A stretch of DNA of 64,000 nucleotides from Lobosporangium transversale (taxonomy: Eukaryota). Below, piece after piece: positions 35,612-48,761 of this stretch. The stretch covers positions 1 through 64,000 of the forward strand of contig NW_019029005.1 in assembly GCF_002105155.1 (NCBI RefSeq). Reading direction: 5' to 3'. Position 1 is the stretch's first letter. Each line of letters begins with the position of its first letter. The position numbers and the translations under genes were made by a program. The notes beneath the pieces are model-generated. The model searched no databases, was not told the origin of the DNA, and saw nothing but the letters and a program-made list of their open reading frames with translations.

Positions 35612-35760
35612 AGCGAGGAAAAAAAAAAAAGAAAAAAAACTTTATTGTTTTTTTGTGAAGTAGAAATATTTGAAAGAAAAAGAGGAAAAAAAAAAAAAAA
35701 AAAAAACTTATTGTTTTTTTTAAGTAGAAACATTTGAAAGAAAAAGAAAAAGAAAAAAAA

Positions 35761-35793
<33 letters not shown>

Positions 35794-35897
35794 TTTATTG
35801 TTTTTTTGTAATAATTAGCTGAATAAAATATGAAATCGTAACTTCACTCAATGCTTTGAACCTGTTCATATTTTATATTTATCTAGAAATTACTTAT

Positions 35898-37430
35898 TCA
35901 CCGTTGCCTCTGACGTTTATTACTAAGTTTGAGTCCTGGTAGCACTGGAAGTCGTGCTTCGCACAGATCAGAGGCTTTCTGTACAGCCTGTACTACTTCT
36001 TGTATTCCAGGAATAGGTGCATTGTCATCTAAAATGCTTTCTAAAAGAGACTGTTCTCTAACTTCCCCAGGATAAAAAAAACTGGTATGAGGGAGCTCTA
36101 ACGTCGCTAATGCGATATGCTTGCAGCACATTTCTGCTCGAAAGAAATCAAGACATGTGCACCCATTGAACTGGTCAACTTCGCCCGCCTTCCAATCGAC
36201 TGCCACCTCATATGATTTGTCTGGGTCAGTGAACGACTTTACACTGAAGACCTGTCGCTTGCTGTCAGAGACATGAGAACAGCCTCAGGGTTCTCTGACC
36301 GCTTGCCCTCAATATAATCCAAGACCTTGATTTTGGCTGCCAGTTCTTGCTTCGCTCCAGGCGTCATCCTTCCAACTCGAACAGTGTGCCGAATACACAT
36401 ATATTGCTTTATGGACAAGGGATGCACATGACGCTATCGACACGTCGTTGCTTCTTATCCTTAAAAAAATGGCACTTCAAAGTGTTATGCTACGACTCAA
36501 TATAGCTATTGGTATTGATGGAAGCATAAGAAATACTTCGCGATAGCAAAACATCCAGGGTCTTCTATCTGCTATTGAAATGAAATAGTTCTTGTTCAAA
36601 TACTGTACTATTTTCGGAGCACGACCCTCTCAAGCCGTTCAAAACTGTCAATCAGCCTATCTACCTCTTTTTCTGACTTCGTGTAAAGAATCGTATGAAG
36701 CGCTGATCTTATCTATCGGGTGTTCAAGGCAATCAGTTAGCACGCGAACCCAGATCACCGCCAAAGCAGCACTACTCAAGCTCAAAACCATTCTTACCAT
36801 CTACCTAGTATGCCATACCATACTAGACACCTGATTCTAAAATCAATACGATCTTATTTTTTTTATTATTTTTTTTTTTATTTATTATTTATTATTTTTA
36901 TTTTTTATATATTTTTTTTTTTATTTATTATTTTCATTTTTACTTTTGTTTTTTACTTTTACTTTTATTTTTACTCTTATTTTGAATTTTACTTTTATTT
37001 TTAATTTTATTTTATTTTATTTTTACTTTATTTTAATTTTACTTTTACTTTTATTTTAATTTTATTTTATTTCTTATTTTTATTTTTATTTCCATACAAT
37101 ACAATGCAAAATGTGTAATAAAGAATAGTGAATAGTAGCTGATTATGCGAGTGAGAAACAGAGTATGCGAGTTTTAATATGCTTGTACTTTGGGTCTCGT
37201 CCTTTTACTCCAGCTACAGCACATTGCTCACTGTTTTTTCTTTCTTTCTTTGTTGTACACCATACAAAGAGGGCAATGTGGCTCGTGCTCTTGTTGTGGG
37301 CAGGCAGATTGTTGTATGTATGACCCTGCATATCTTTGAGGATGGAATGTTGTTCTCTTTCTCCACCTTGTAAGCATATGAAAATTGACGAATGATATCA
37401 CAGGTGCACAGATTATTGATTTCAATTCCC
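35898..37430 (-). mobile_element. Degenerate MULE (Mutator-like) transposase with SWIM zinc finger
   Basis: CTCLDFFRAEMCCKHI (SWIM CxC..CxH); upstream frames give INTNSYIES.HNTLK...RRVD, the MULE catalytic-Glu region; 5' limit approximate. Confidence 0.7.
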
Positions 37431-39489
37431 GCTATGCCGTTTTCTTTTCTTTTTTTTCTTGCATAAAAGCAAAATGTCGTATTTGTATTGCTATTCAGTC
37501 AATACTTTGAGATCACAAATTGGTTTCACTTACTATTTTCCCTGAGCGATTACAAAAACCACTCAGCATTCATCCTTTCTCCTTTTCTCCAAAGCACAAT
37601 CCGCCAAAGAGCCCTCGCCGTCGACAGCAAGAAAGTATATGTCTATATAATGCATTATTTTGTATTATTCATTATATTTGACTCAATGGTTCTTTCCATA
37701 CTCATTCATACAGCATTTGGAGATAAAAAAGGTTAATTTTACCGAAGATGGACAATGTCTGCTTCTCTTATCTGCCGTGTAAATGTTTTGACCAACCAGA
37801 AAACAGAGTTTTCATGCGAACATCTGACCGAAGGCGTCATGGCGGAAAATAATAATTTTGTGGCATTGCCCTCTGAACGCGTTATCTCTTTACATTTCAA
37901 ATATTTATTTTTTACTCACTCATTCGCTTACTATTATACTTCACAATGGCTTTCTTTATTGCTGACATATGATGGCTATTAGTATTATTATTTAATACCT
38001 TTGGCAGTGGGATACCAATTTCCTTTGCGTTGCTGTAAAACGTCATATCGACGACACAAAAAGAAAAACAATTTTCATAAATACCCTTCGTCTCCCCTCA
38101 GCTTTTCTTTTCTTTTCTCCTCTCTTCACCCACATCCTCTCCACCTCCCTTCACATGCCTTATAAAGGCCACACAGAGACCATAAAAAATGCTCTATTCC
38201 AGCCGTGAAATACAATCCACTATAGAGCCGTCATCAAGTAAGTATCTAGCATATGTATGGCTTCGTTTTGTCTTGCCTACCGTCACCCACTGTTTAGCTA
38301 TTGCTAAATGAGTCCAGCAGGTCCATTAACTTACTCCTATTTTTTTGCCTTTGTCCTTCTAGTCATCACAAGAAACACTACCGATGGATGCTCAGCGGCG
38401 ACCATCCCAAAGACTGCAATAAGCTCATGCAGTGCTTATCGAAATGGGGCCCTAAGCGGATCTGTAAGTACTCTCTCTTATTGAGTAAACATATTGCACT
38501 TTTTTTTCTTTTTTTTTGGTGTTTGCTGTTTATGCTATTCTTTATAGTATTCTAACCACGCTTTTTTTTTTTTTTTTTCTTTTCTTTATTTCTTCGGCTC
38601 TTTCCGTAGAGGCCTATCCGATTCGATAAGGGCTCCACTCCGTCCTACCATCGGAGCCCGGGGCCCCTCCGCCGGCCTCTCTGCCGCCTCCTCCGAACTC
38701 CTCATCTGCTCTGATGGGGGGTTCCACTCCGTCGGACCCTCACGACTCCTTGAGGAAGGACCATTGTGGTGGCGCTAGAGAACTTCTAGTCTCTGGGCCT
38801 CACTTGATCCGAGTGCCTCTGGGGATTTCGCGTAGGGACAGGATGACACACAGTTGCGGTAGCCTGAGAATGGTAAGTCAGTACCAATGAATTATTCACT
38901 GGGTCCTGTAGAGCTCGAGCTTCGGCCGTCAAGGAGATTCCCCCTCCAGCAGGATCAGGATCAGGAGCAGGAACAGGTGTTACCGAGGCCTGGTAACATC
39001 TAAGGTAGGTGAAAAGAAAGACACAAAGAGCATATTAATTCTGTTTTACCTTTGCTTTCGTTCTCTCTGGTTAGGTGGAATCTTTGGCAACTCGGTGCTC
39101 TATAGGGCTTTGTGAATAGTTCATTGTTACTGACTTATCATCCTTAGGCTATCCAATTAGCGATGCTGCGCCAGGGACGCCTGGTCGTAGTGGGTGCATG
39201 GCGTAGAGGCGTCATGTTGTGTGATCCCTGTTTCCTGCCGTCTGAACCAAAGGTGCTCTGGTCAAAGTGAGGCTCCATTGATTAGTTGTTCGATAGACCA
39301 CTGCAATGGGACTTTTGCTTGGAGGAGCGAGGCCTACGATCCATGGAGGAAAGCAGAAGGCCTGGGAAAGAGCATCAGACCGAGGTAGGGCGTCTGAGGA
39401 GATAGACTCAGAGCTAACAAGCCAACAGCCAACAGCCAACAGTTCACAGCCAAGGCCAATATAATAACCCCAAAAAACTCCAAAAAATA

Positions 39490-39524
<35 letters not shown>

Positions 39525-39569
39525 AAAAAAAAAACCAAAAAAAAAAAAACAAAAAAAAACCTCCTGCAA

Positions 39570-39845
39570 AGCAGAAGCCAGAAAGCACAGAAGTCAGAAG
39601 CCAGAAAGTCAGAAGCCAGAAGTCAGAAGTCAGAAGTCAAAGCCAGAAGTCAGGAGCCAGAAGCCAGGAACCAAAAGTCAAAAACCAAAAACCAGAAACC
39701 AAAAAGCAGAAGCCAGAAGCCAGGAGCCAAAAGCCAGAAGCCAGGAGCCAGAAGCCAGAAGCCAGGAACCAAAAGCCAGAAGCCAGGAACCAAAAGTCAA
39801 AAACCAGAAACCAAAACAAAAGCAGAAGCCAGAAGCCAGAAAGCA
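39570..39845. repeat. Degenerate 7-bp satellite (AGAAGCC/AGAAGTC/AGGAGCC/AAAAGCC)
   Basis: Roughly 35-40 variant 7-mers; short (AGCCAAC)n just upstream at ~39420-39440. Confidence 0.85.
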
Positions 39846-41483
39846 AGCAGCAGATAGCAGCCACGTCAGCGCAAAAAAAAAAAAAAGAAAAAAAGAAAAA
39901 AAAAAGCCAACAAGCTCACTCCACTCAACCAAAAGAAACCTCATTGAAAGCCAGCCAAGGCCCAAAGCCGGTAGAAGGTTGCCTCAGCCATACTAGCCAG
40001 AGATTGCCTCAACAAAATCAAAGACAGAAAACCTTAGTCAAAGCAATCGAAGGCAGCCGCAATTAATCAAACACAATTTGCCGCAATCAAGGAAATCAAA
40101 GACTACCAAAGCCAAAATCCATCAAGGGTAACCTGAAAGAGCCCAGACAATCAAAAGCAGCTAACCAAGGGCAGCCAACCCAAAGCTAGGTCATTAGGCC
40201 CAGTCAACCAAGGTTACCAAGGCCAGTTAGCCAAGGCACCATCAAAGGATATGCTAAAAAGCATCATCAAAAGAATCCAAGCCTACTAGGAAATATCCAG
40301 CCATGCACACGTACCAAGGGCATTGCCACTCTTGGGCCAAGATGCAGCTTGGAAACCACAGCAGAGAAAACAATTAACAATAAATATTAAAAGACAAGAT
40401 CAGATATAATGATCTTTGTCTTTTGTCTGAAAATGTGATAGATCTGTGATTATTGTGAATGCAAATGTCCTCAAATAGGAATAGAAGATTAGTAGCGACA
40501 ATCAATAGCAAAGCCAATGGACTAAACTGTGTCAGCTATTGGTAGCAAGCTGCTCAGTAATATATAGCTGGCTAATACCTACATTGACTCATTCACGGCC
40601 TTAAGGAGCAACCCAATCAAGCACATGAATACCTTAGTGGGTTTTGATTATAATCGTTAGTTTAGGCTGCACATTTGATTTGTCGAACGAGCTCCATAAT
40701 CAATATAGCTCATACTCTACTGAAAGGAGAAAAGGACCTTCAACCTAATCTACAAAGGTGTCAAAGATAAAGGTTGCTGACCATAAGTTTTTAAAAGCAC
40801 CTCTACTCATCAAGCATTGGTTTATTTCTTTAGAGGAAAACGTCGTGCAAAAGTGCAATTTTTTTTTTTTGTTTTCAGTAGCATAGCATGCCTTAAGGCC
40901 TATGTATTTAGCTTTAGCTGCGCTCATACAACTGCATAGCTCTGGTTAATTCCTTAAGTAGAGTCTATGAGCTGTCCCTTAGTCAATGATTTCGGACTGC
41001 CACTTTGGTGGACGTGTGTTGTTACAGGCGCTTACCATGTTACAGTGCGTTCACATTTACATAGCACATAAAATCCAAAACATTGACGGGAAAAGAGAGC
41101 CTGATTAATAGAAATGACGAAGAAAGAAGGATTCCAATAGAGTTAGCTGCTCTTTGATCTACTGTTATAAATTAGTATCTAAAAAAAAAAGCGATGAATG
41201 GGATAAAAGGAATAATAGGGTAGCGCAGATGATTATGAACGCGTCTAGTGAGACTATGCAACCCAGCTACGGCGAGAAAACCCCATATTCATCTTTGTTG
41301 ACCTATGCATGCGGCAGGGCTCGGCCCATCCCGACACAATTCACCCTTATCAACTAACAATTCGCATTCAGCAGCTAGTTTAAAATCTGCATCCTAGCAC
41401 GCTTTAATGCGACAATGCGATTATGACGGTTACTTGAATCTGCTAGATATGCACTGCGTGCTATTCATTCCTACAAACACTCA

Positions 41484-42187
41484 ATGATTCAGAGGTGTTG
41501 AAGTTATAAAGGCCTCTGGGCCGGTGACCTGTATCTGCTCTGTCGCCTCTTTGCAGGCTGAAGGCATTCTTTTTTTCAGTGGAGTATGAGTAACGTTGGC
41601 TACAGGGAACAGAATGGGGGTGCTTCATGACTAATAGTATAAATTCAGCTCTTTTTATTTTTATTTTCTTAGAAAGGCACGGCAAGAGATGATAAATACG
41701 CTGGCATTTAGAGCTTTCTACTGCTCGTCAAACGAGTGCTATAGTAATAGTTATATACAGCTAGCGTTCCCATGAACGTTCAGGCAGCTTATATTATTAT
41801 TGTTTATATTCTTTGTAGAATTACAATACAAAGCATACATTCAAAGTACGCATTATTACCTGTATATATCTACCCGGCGATGATATCACTGTTCAGGGTC
41901 ACCAAAAAATAAAGCTGAAAAAAAGAAAGCAGTTTGGATATAGTCTGGCGCAGTATAGTTCCCACGGCAGTATGCCCTACTCTTCCTTAGGAGAGAAGAG
42001 AGAGAATAAATAAAGGGGATAAGGCCGGTGAGCCATGCCCATTCTCTAAATGGCAGCATATTTATCATCTCTTGTTGTGCCTTTCTAAAAAAAATAAAAT
42101 AAAATAAAAAATAAAAATAAAAAAGGGCTGAATTTATGAAGCATCGCCATTCTGTCCCCTGTAGTCAACGTTACTTAAACTCCACTG

Positions 42188-42218
<31 letters not shown>

Positions 42219-42299
42219 CCTTCAGCCTGCAAAGAGACGACAGATTAGATATAGAACACTGACCCAGAGGCCTTTATAACTTCAACACCCCTGAATCAT
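41484..42299. mobile_element. Foldback / MITE-like element with ~230-255-bp inverted arms
   Basis: 41484-41713 is the reverse complement of 42044-42299 with scattered substitutions and A-tract length differences; ~330-bp spacer; no TSD seen. Confidence 0.75.
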
Positions 42300-42456
42300 C
42301 GGAGATAATAACCATCAATTCTTAGACTTTTCCAAATTTTTATTGTCACGATCGAAGCATTGTCATCAGCAAAGTAGACACACTTTGGGCAAGTGAATGT
42401 CCAAAGAGTTTTATTCATAGCAGACCATGAAGTGATAATGTGGTTCTTTCTTTAGT

Positions 42457-44000
42457 CTAACTACGTATAATATTGCGTGAACCGAATAAAGAATCCACGG
42501 AAGTGGATACAGAGAGGTCGTCGTCTATCAGAAAGTGAGACAAGAACTCGATGTTTGGCCAATTATTCACAATCCATGTTGCATCCTCAAAGTCTAATCG
42601 TTGACTTCCATCATATCTAAACCATAGCCAAGTCAGGTTCTTCAGGTTGACTAACTCATCGAGACCTGCTCTTAGTTTTATATCCAGTTGTCCGTTTTTC
42701 CCCCTTATTCTCGGACTCTGTCGTGTTAGATCAAGATAACGTAGTCGAGTCAACTTTCCGAGTTGTTTGGACGCAATACGCGACTTCGCCATGCCTTCTG
42801 CTGTCTCTTGATCAACGTCTGCCTCAAGGTAGATATTCAGATCAGTCAGGTTAGTGCTCACCCATCTTGAACCATTGACAATCTCTGTCACCGTTACTTT
42901 AGATCCTCTCATCCGCTTCAAGCGCGGGCAATTTGATAAAATGGCTTGAACAATGCCATCTGCGCTTTGTACATTGAATGTCAATACTTCAACAGTCTCG
43001 CAGAGCCTCCGATGCCTTGTCTTCCGCATCGTATGACCATTACTCAGAATTCCTTGTTTTTCAGTTAGCAACTCTTGCAGAGAGAGTTGGCCGAGTTCAC
43101 AAGATGGGACTTGTAGCTTTCTTAATTCAGTCATCTGTCTGAGAAGCGCTGCAAGCTCCTCGTCTTTTATGATCATAGAAGGCATACATAACTCTGATAA
43201 GTTTGTTAGTGCCCAGGGATGCTGAAGGAATGCTGCCCTGCGGAAATCATTGTGTTTTGGTTGCTCAATTTTGTAGGACTCTGTGCCATCGTCAAATGTC
43301 AGTGCACACAACCCTGGACATTCCCTGACCAACATGCCGAGACAATAAGATGATGTGTACGGATATGGGGGATTGATTATTTTGACGCTTCTAATACTTA
43401 GTGTGTGCATATTTGGGAAGATATGCTCGCTGGCCTCACTATTTTGGAAGTTGAAAGGTAGCTGGTGTAAGAATACATGATCCAATCCAAGTGTCGAAGT
43501 CTCTTGCAGACTTGAAAAAATAGATCGATGTTGGCATTTGTACGCGTGTAAGCTATTTCTAGGCGCTCGAGATTGGTGCATCCCAGAAGTGTCTGCCAGA
43601 GCTCATCCGAAACCGAATACCTGGTTAAGTGAATTCTGGTGATGGTGGAATTATGAAGTTGATGAGGTTTGAGAGTTGGGTTGGGTCGGGCATGTACCGT
43701 GTTGACACTGCTTCGTAGCGATGAACTCGAGGCGATGACATCCCTGCAAGACCAATACTCCTTTGGAATGTCGCCATATAGTCTAATCCCTTCTATGTAT
43801 TTCTTGTTGTTCTGCAGTGCTTCGCCAGATGGATATCCTTGTACAGATGAAACCAAGATTGTCCTCCATATGGACCTGATAAGAGTAGAGTAAAATATCT
43901 TGGAGACGCGAATGCAGATCAGGTGGTCATTCTGATCGAGAAAGCGACCAACATGCGAGATGATTTCTGGGAGATCCAAGAGATTCACTTTATTGTTCAT
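42457..44000 (-). CDS. F-box / leucine-rich-repeat (RNI-like) protein, frameshifted
   Basis: N-terminal LLDLPEIISHVGRFLD..HLICIRVSKIF..IW (F-box-like); LRR-like repeats (ECPGL, NCPRLK, LGKLTRLRYLDL, GLDELVNLKNL, WIVNNWPNI). Confidence 0.75.
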
Positions 44001-44459
44001 GGGAAGAAGGATGCTTGTGCTGATGATGGCGATGCATCTGAGACAAACATGGTCAATTATTCAATTTTTGGCGCACGTGCCGCGATGTTAAAACGTCTAA
44101 GATATTGAACCCATCGTTCTATCTGCCTAGCAACGTTGATATGAAGATTACTACTCTCCAAGCCGAAGAAGTATAGAAAAGCTCACTCTGAATAAAACTA
44201 TTCTTGGCTTCCTATCCTCGCTCCTGCTCCACTTGCCACCACAATGTTTACATGTAGAATTTATTGGTGTTCCCATCATGAACAGGTGCAGAATAGGAAA
44301 TAAAAGATCGCCTCTTCCTTCTTCCTTCTCTCGTCTATCCTTTCTTTCCTAAGTACCTCTCATTTAAAGACGTCAGTAGTCTCTCGCTCTTCAATCCCTC
44401 AATGCTATTTACTCATTGCCTCTCATTCAAATCACTATCAACATTTCAACACTTCATTG

Positions 44460-44601
44460 CTATAAATTTCGTTGCCAATTTCTAGACCATGGAGACTTCG
44501 TACATTGTATTTGTGTCTCCACAAGCTTCCACAATATACCTATCAAACCTATATGGAAAAGAATCATTATTAAATATCGTTCAATCAGTGTTTTGGAGTA
44601 A
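44460..44601 (+). pseudogene. Remnant of a divergently oriented F-box paralog
   Basis: QFLDHGDFVHCICVSTSFHNIPIKPIWKRIII aligns with RFLDQNDHLICIRVSKIFYSTLIRSIWRTILV of the neighbouring gene. Confidence 0.6.
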
Positions 44602-45678
44602 TAGTAAAAAAAAAAAAAAAAAAAGGCATAATAAAAGCAGTACATTTGCTTCTTTATTTTCGTTATTAGGGCATAAACAAGATAGAGGGGCGATGTTATC
44701 TATACCTCCAGTAATAGAGTGACTCTTTGCTCGGTCCTCCGGCGTACAAAAGGATATGACCATCCACTGGAAAGGATAGCAAAGCGCTAAGATCATAAAT
44801 ATATTTATACGCACACATTTCTCTTAGCAAGATTCTCTCTGACCGTAGTTTTTACAACACGTAAATCAAGCACCGATTCTCTACCATACTGTGGGACAGT
44901 CCTAGGCCATGCATTTTCCTTGGCACAAAAGAAATATCATCTAAAATGTATTTGTCAACCAACATTTTAAACATAGTTGACTCAGTTTGGCATAAATTTA
45001 TTTTTGTCATCCCCTGAACCATGATTCTGAAAGGTGGTTGGTATCTATATGTTGAGTATTTCTGCGGGCACATTGTAAGAAGAGATGGCTGATAATCACT
45101 TTCCAGGCCGGATCCCATACTGATCTCAATAACGTGCTTTGATAGACATGTGCTGTTATCCCGCAGGTCTGGCCCTTCAATGCTTTTTAATTAATGATTT
45201 TTTTTTTCCTTTTTTTTCTGATAACCTTTTATAACATTATGGCAAAACTTTGAGAACTATGTTGCTATTATCCATATTTCCAGTCCTTGGAAGAGTCCCA
45301 GTTGGACGAATGGGTCCACCATGTAAACCTTGTCGCCATCGGAACCGATCCCTAGCTCCCTCAAACTGGACCTCGGTCATCCACTTGTACATCAACCACT
45401 GTAAACTAAACCAGCCACCCCACCCCAACGGCCACCATCAACCGCTGTAATCGTAACCTTCCTATCTGTAAGACTATCATACGCTGCCAACGCGTCATTC
45501 GGATGGCCCGTGATCGCGTCCTGGATCTTCTTTCCTTTTCATTCATATCATCCCCCATCTCCTCGTCTGAAAAATCTGTCTCCCCTGCATTTCCGTAACC
45601 CTGTGTTGCAGATTCCCACAATACCCTCCCTCGCTGCCACGCTCTATCCATTCCTGAACGACCACTGGACCACCCATC

Positions 45679-46511
45679 TCAATCGAGCTTCTTGACGCGC
45701 TTCTTGGTCTCGGATGGACCCGCCAAGGAGCTTCCCTTCTCGCCCTTGACTGGTACAGCAGGGGCCTTGTTGTTCCAGTACAAAGCCATCTGCAAGGCCA
45801 AGATGCAGTTGAAAAGCGTGCTCAACATAAAACCGGATAGGATGATGATGTCATCTACTTCTGTCAAATGTAGTGTAGACTCTGGCAAGAGATCCTGCAA
45901 AGTAATTAAAGACAGTGAATGCTGCGAGTTGTCCTGTACTTCCGTTCTTGTAGTTTTCAATGATCTGAGGTACCTTCGAGAACAAATTGATGGGGATAGT
46001 GGCAGCCTGCAAAAAGGCCAATGCACCTGGTGAGACCCAAGCGGAGGTGATGACAGCCCATCAACCTGAGTAAACTGTGTGGTCCTACCAAGAATGTTTC
46101 CCAAGAACAGGAAAGAGGAGAGAACGACAAAAGCTGTGGTGTTCTTGCCAGAGTAATGAAGCATCAGACCCAAGATAGCCAAGTTCTGAATTGTGACGAA
46201 GAATGTCCGCCATAGGTGGAAAGGGGGTTGTTCTGACGGATATTGTAGGCAAGTGAGATCACACAGGCAAGGGTCTCGAGCATGTAGGAAGAGAGTGAGA
46301 CACCGACAGCAGAGCGAGCGCTAATGATCTTGATGATCTGTGGCACCTTGACGATGGCACCTCCTGCAACAATTCCAAACCCTAGACCCTTTGAGATGGC
46401 ATACTTGATGCAAGGGACATCGCGGTAGTTAAAATCTTCAATCAAGGACGTATAACACGTATCGCCAATGATGGCCACGGCGGGCTTCTTAAGGAAGAAT
46501 GGCAACTGCAT
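45679..46511 (-). CDS. MPDU1: Mannose-P-dolichol utilization defect 1 (PQ-loop) homolog; apparent frameshifts
   Basis: MQLPFFLKKPAVAIIGDTCY...ISKGLGFGIVAGGAIVKVPQIIKI...NPLSTYG; C-terminal EVDDIIILSGF...LQMALYW. Confidence 0.85.
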
Positions 46512-46868
46512 TAGGGCGTAAGAAAAAACTGATGATGGTTTAATGAGTAATCGGGAAAGAAAAGAGACAACCACCCAACTGTCTCTTTTCTTATTGGCCG
46601 CCAAAATCCCAAAAGCCCAACCGATAGTCAATTAAGAAGATGTAGTCACATGATAAATGTTTCAAAGAGTCTATGCTCGACATTTGCACGGTCCATTACA
46701 CTTCACGCCTGCATTACATACTTACCCAACATTCTTCAGAGCATCTAAAGGCCTACGCTGAAAAAAAATAAAAAATAATAAAAAAAAAGAACGACAACAA
46801 CATTTCATTTCATGTGTATAGCCGTATAGCCTACACATAACCAGATACTGGCTGACAACATAGTAACC

Positions 46869-48761
46869 ATGTCATCTCAAAACACTTCAGTGCCAACGAG
46901 CTTTGCTCAAGGCTATGGGCTTTCGTCTTCACCTGTTGCATCAGGTCCACTATCGTCATCGTCATCCTCCTTTAGACATCCACGCAAAGAAATCCTCAAC
47001 TATTCTGCACCATGGCCAGTCTATGGTCTCGATTGGTCCAACCAGCTACAGAACGAGAAGCTCTTAGGCTAGCTGTTGGAAGTTTTATTGAGGATGGAAG
47101 CAACAAGGTTAATTTTATTTTATTTAATTTTTTTTCGATCCTCACTACAAGGCCATAGAAGCAACATATCCATGTATTTCATTCTTGTTTCTCAGATGTT
47201 GATGAGAATGGAAGACCTCTTCTTTATTTTATATGGGAATATTAGATTCAAGTCATTACACTACAAGAATTTGCTGGGAGCGAGGGCAGAGATTACAATC
47301 CTACCTCTATGTCTGACTGGGTTGCAATAGCAGAAACGAACTATCAACAGTACCCTGTAACCAGAATCAAATGGGAACCATACAAGGTAAATTAAGGAAA
47401 ACATGAAGGACATTGACATGTCGATAACTTGGGAAAAAAAAAAAATAAAACAATTCTAACAGATACTTATTAAATGCTGTTGTTGAACCAAATGAATTCT
47501 TATCCAACAATGTAGGGTGGACATCGAAGACCATACGATCTTTTGGCAACAACAGGCGATTATTTGCGGTTATGGGATCTTAAGGATGATCCCGATCAGA
47601 ACGAGAGCAGCAACACAATAGGACGAAGACATCCTCACAGTTATCAGACAACAACTCGCACAAAGAGCAGTACTACTGCTAATGTAAGCATACATATTAG
47701 TTTTTTTTTTCTCCCTCCGTTAACTTGTAACTACAGGTGATTGTTGTTGAGCTTATAATAGCGTGAACTCGGAGAGAAATATATGTTGACAAATAAGGCT
47801 ACTCTTCTCGTTGTCATTGCAAATTTTTAGACAAAGGCAAATTTTTGTGCACTCTGACATCTTTTGATGGAATTACATTTGATCCGGCGCTCATTGTTAC
47901 CAGTTCTATCGATACAACATGCACTGTGTGGAATGTAGAGACACAACAGGCAAAGACTCAACTGATTGCGCACGACAAGGAGGTTTTACGACGTTACATT
48001 TGCAAATAACAACTCGGATATATTTGCTAGTGTGGGTGCAGATGGAAGCGTGCGTATGTTCGACCTCAGAGCATTGGAAACTCAACGATCATTTACGAGA
48101 CGACATCTTCTATCCCAGGAATGCAATCCAGCAATCCCCAAATGGCTGCTCAACCACCTGTACCATTTTACGACTCTCGTTTAACCAAATTGGATCCTAA
48201 TTACCTTTCAACTTTTCACATGGATTCTTCAAGTGTACAAATTCTGGATATCCGTGTCCCAGGTATTCCGATTTCTGAACTGCGAGGACATAAAGGTGCT
48301 GTTAATTGTATGGCATGGTCACCTATTGGGAGCTCTGAGATCGCCACCGGAAGTAAGTATTTTTAGTTTGCCGTACGAATAAGCGTACAATTCCGCACTT
48401 TGCTTGACTCGACTTGACTTGCTTTAATCTATATTGAAATGCGGCCATAACTCAATATTTTATATCTCCTCAAAAAAAAAAAAAAAAAAATAGGCGATGA
48501 TCATCAGGTGTTTATCTGGGAAGTGAATCAAATAGGAACGATAAAGGCGAGGACTTGGAACATCATCACGGCAAAGCAACTTCAGCCGTAACAGTAGTTC
48601 GAACGCAAAAAGTCCCTCCAGCATCCACAACCCGTGTGTTTGCACGAACCTTTCCGCGCAGCCAATGTAGGAGGGGAAGTCAATCAGATTGCATGGTCAA
48701 GCTCTGTCCGGACTGGATTGCTGTTGGATTTGGAAGGACTGTCCAGGCACTGCGGTTGTAA
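46869..48761 (+). CDS. DCAF7: DCAF7/WDR68/AN11-family WD40 protein, multi-exon; apparent frameshifts
   Basis: YSAPWPVYGLDWS, LATTGDYLRLW, TSSIDTTCTVWNVET, TQLIAHDKE, FASVGADGSVRMFDLRAL, ILDIRVPG..ELRGH, GDDHQVFIWE, DWIAVGFG..QALRL. Confidence 0.9.

Noticed and set aside
36810..37100. Phe/Tyr-rich ORF
   Set aside because: T-rich low-complexity tract, probably intronic within the MULE remnant
39570..39965. CRISPR-like array or Trp/Phe-rich membrane ORFs
   Set aside because: Contiguous 7-mers without unique spacers; ORFs are translations of the satellite; eukaryotic context
4300..44600. Starship-like giant element captained by the tyrosine recombinase and carrying the crystallin/CRN genes as cargo
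   Set aside because: The YR element's ends are defined by the 4568-bp unit and enclose only its own gene; the protein is Crypton-type and no outer boundaries were found
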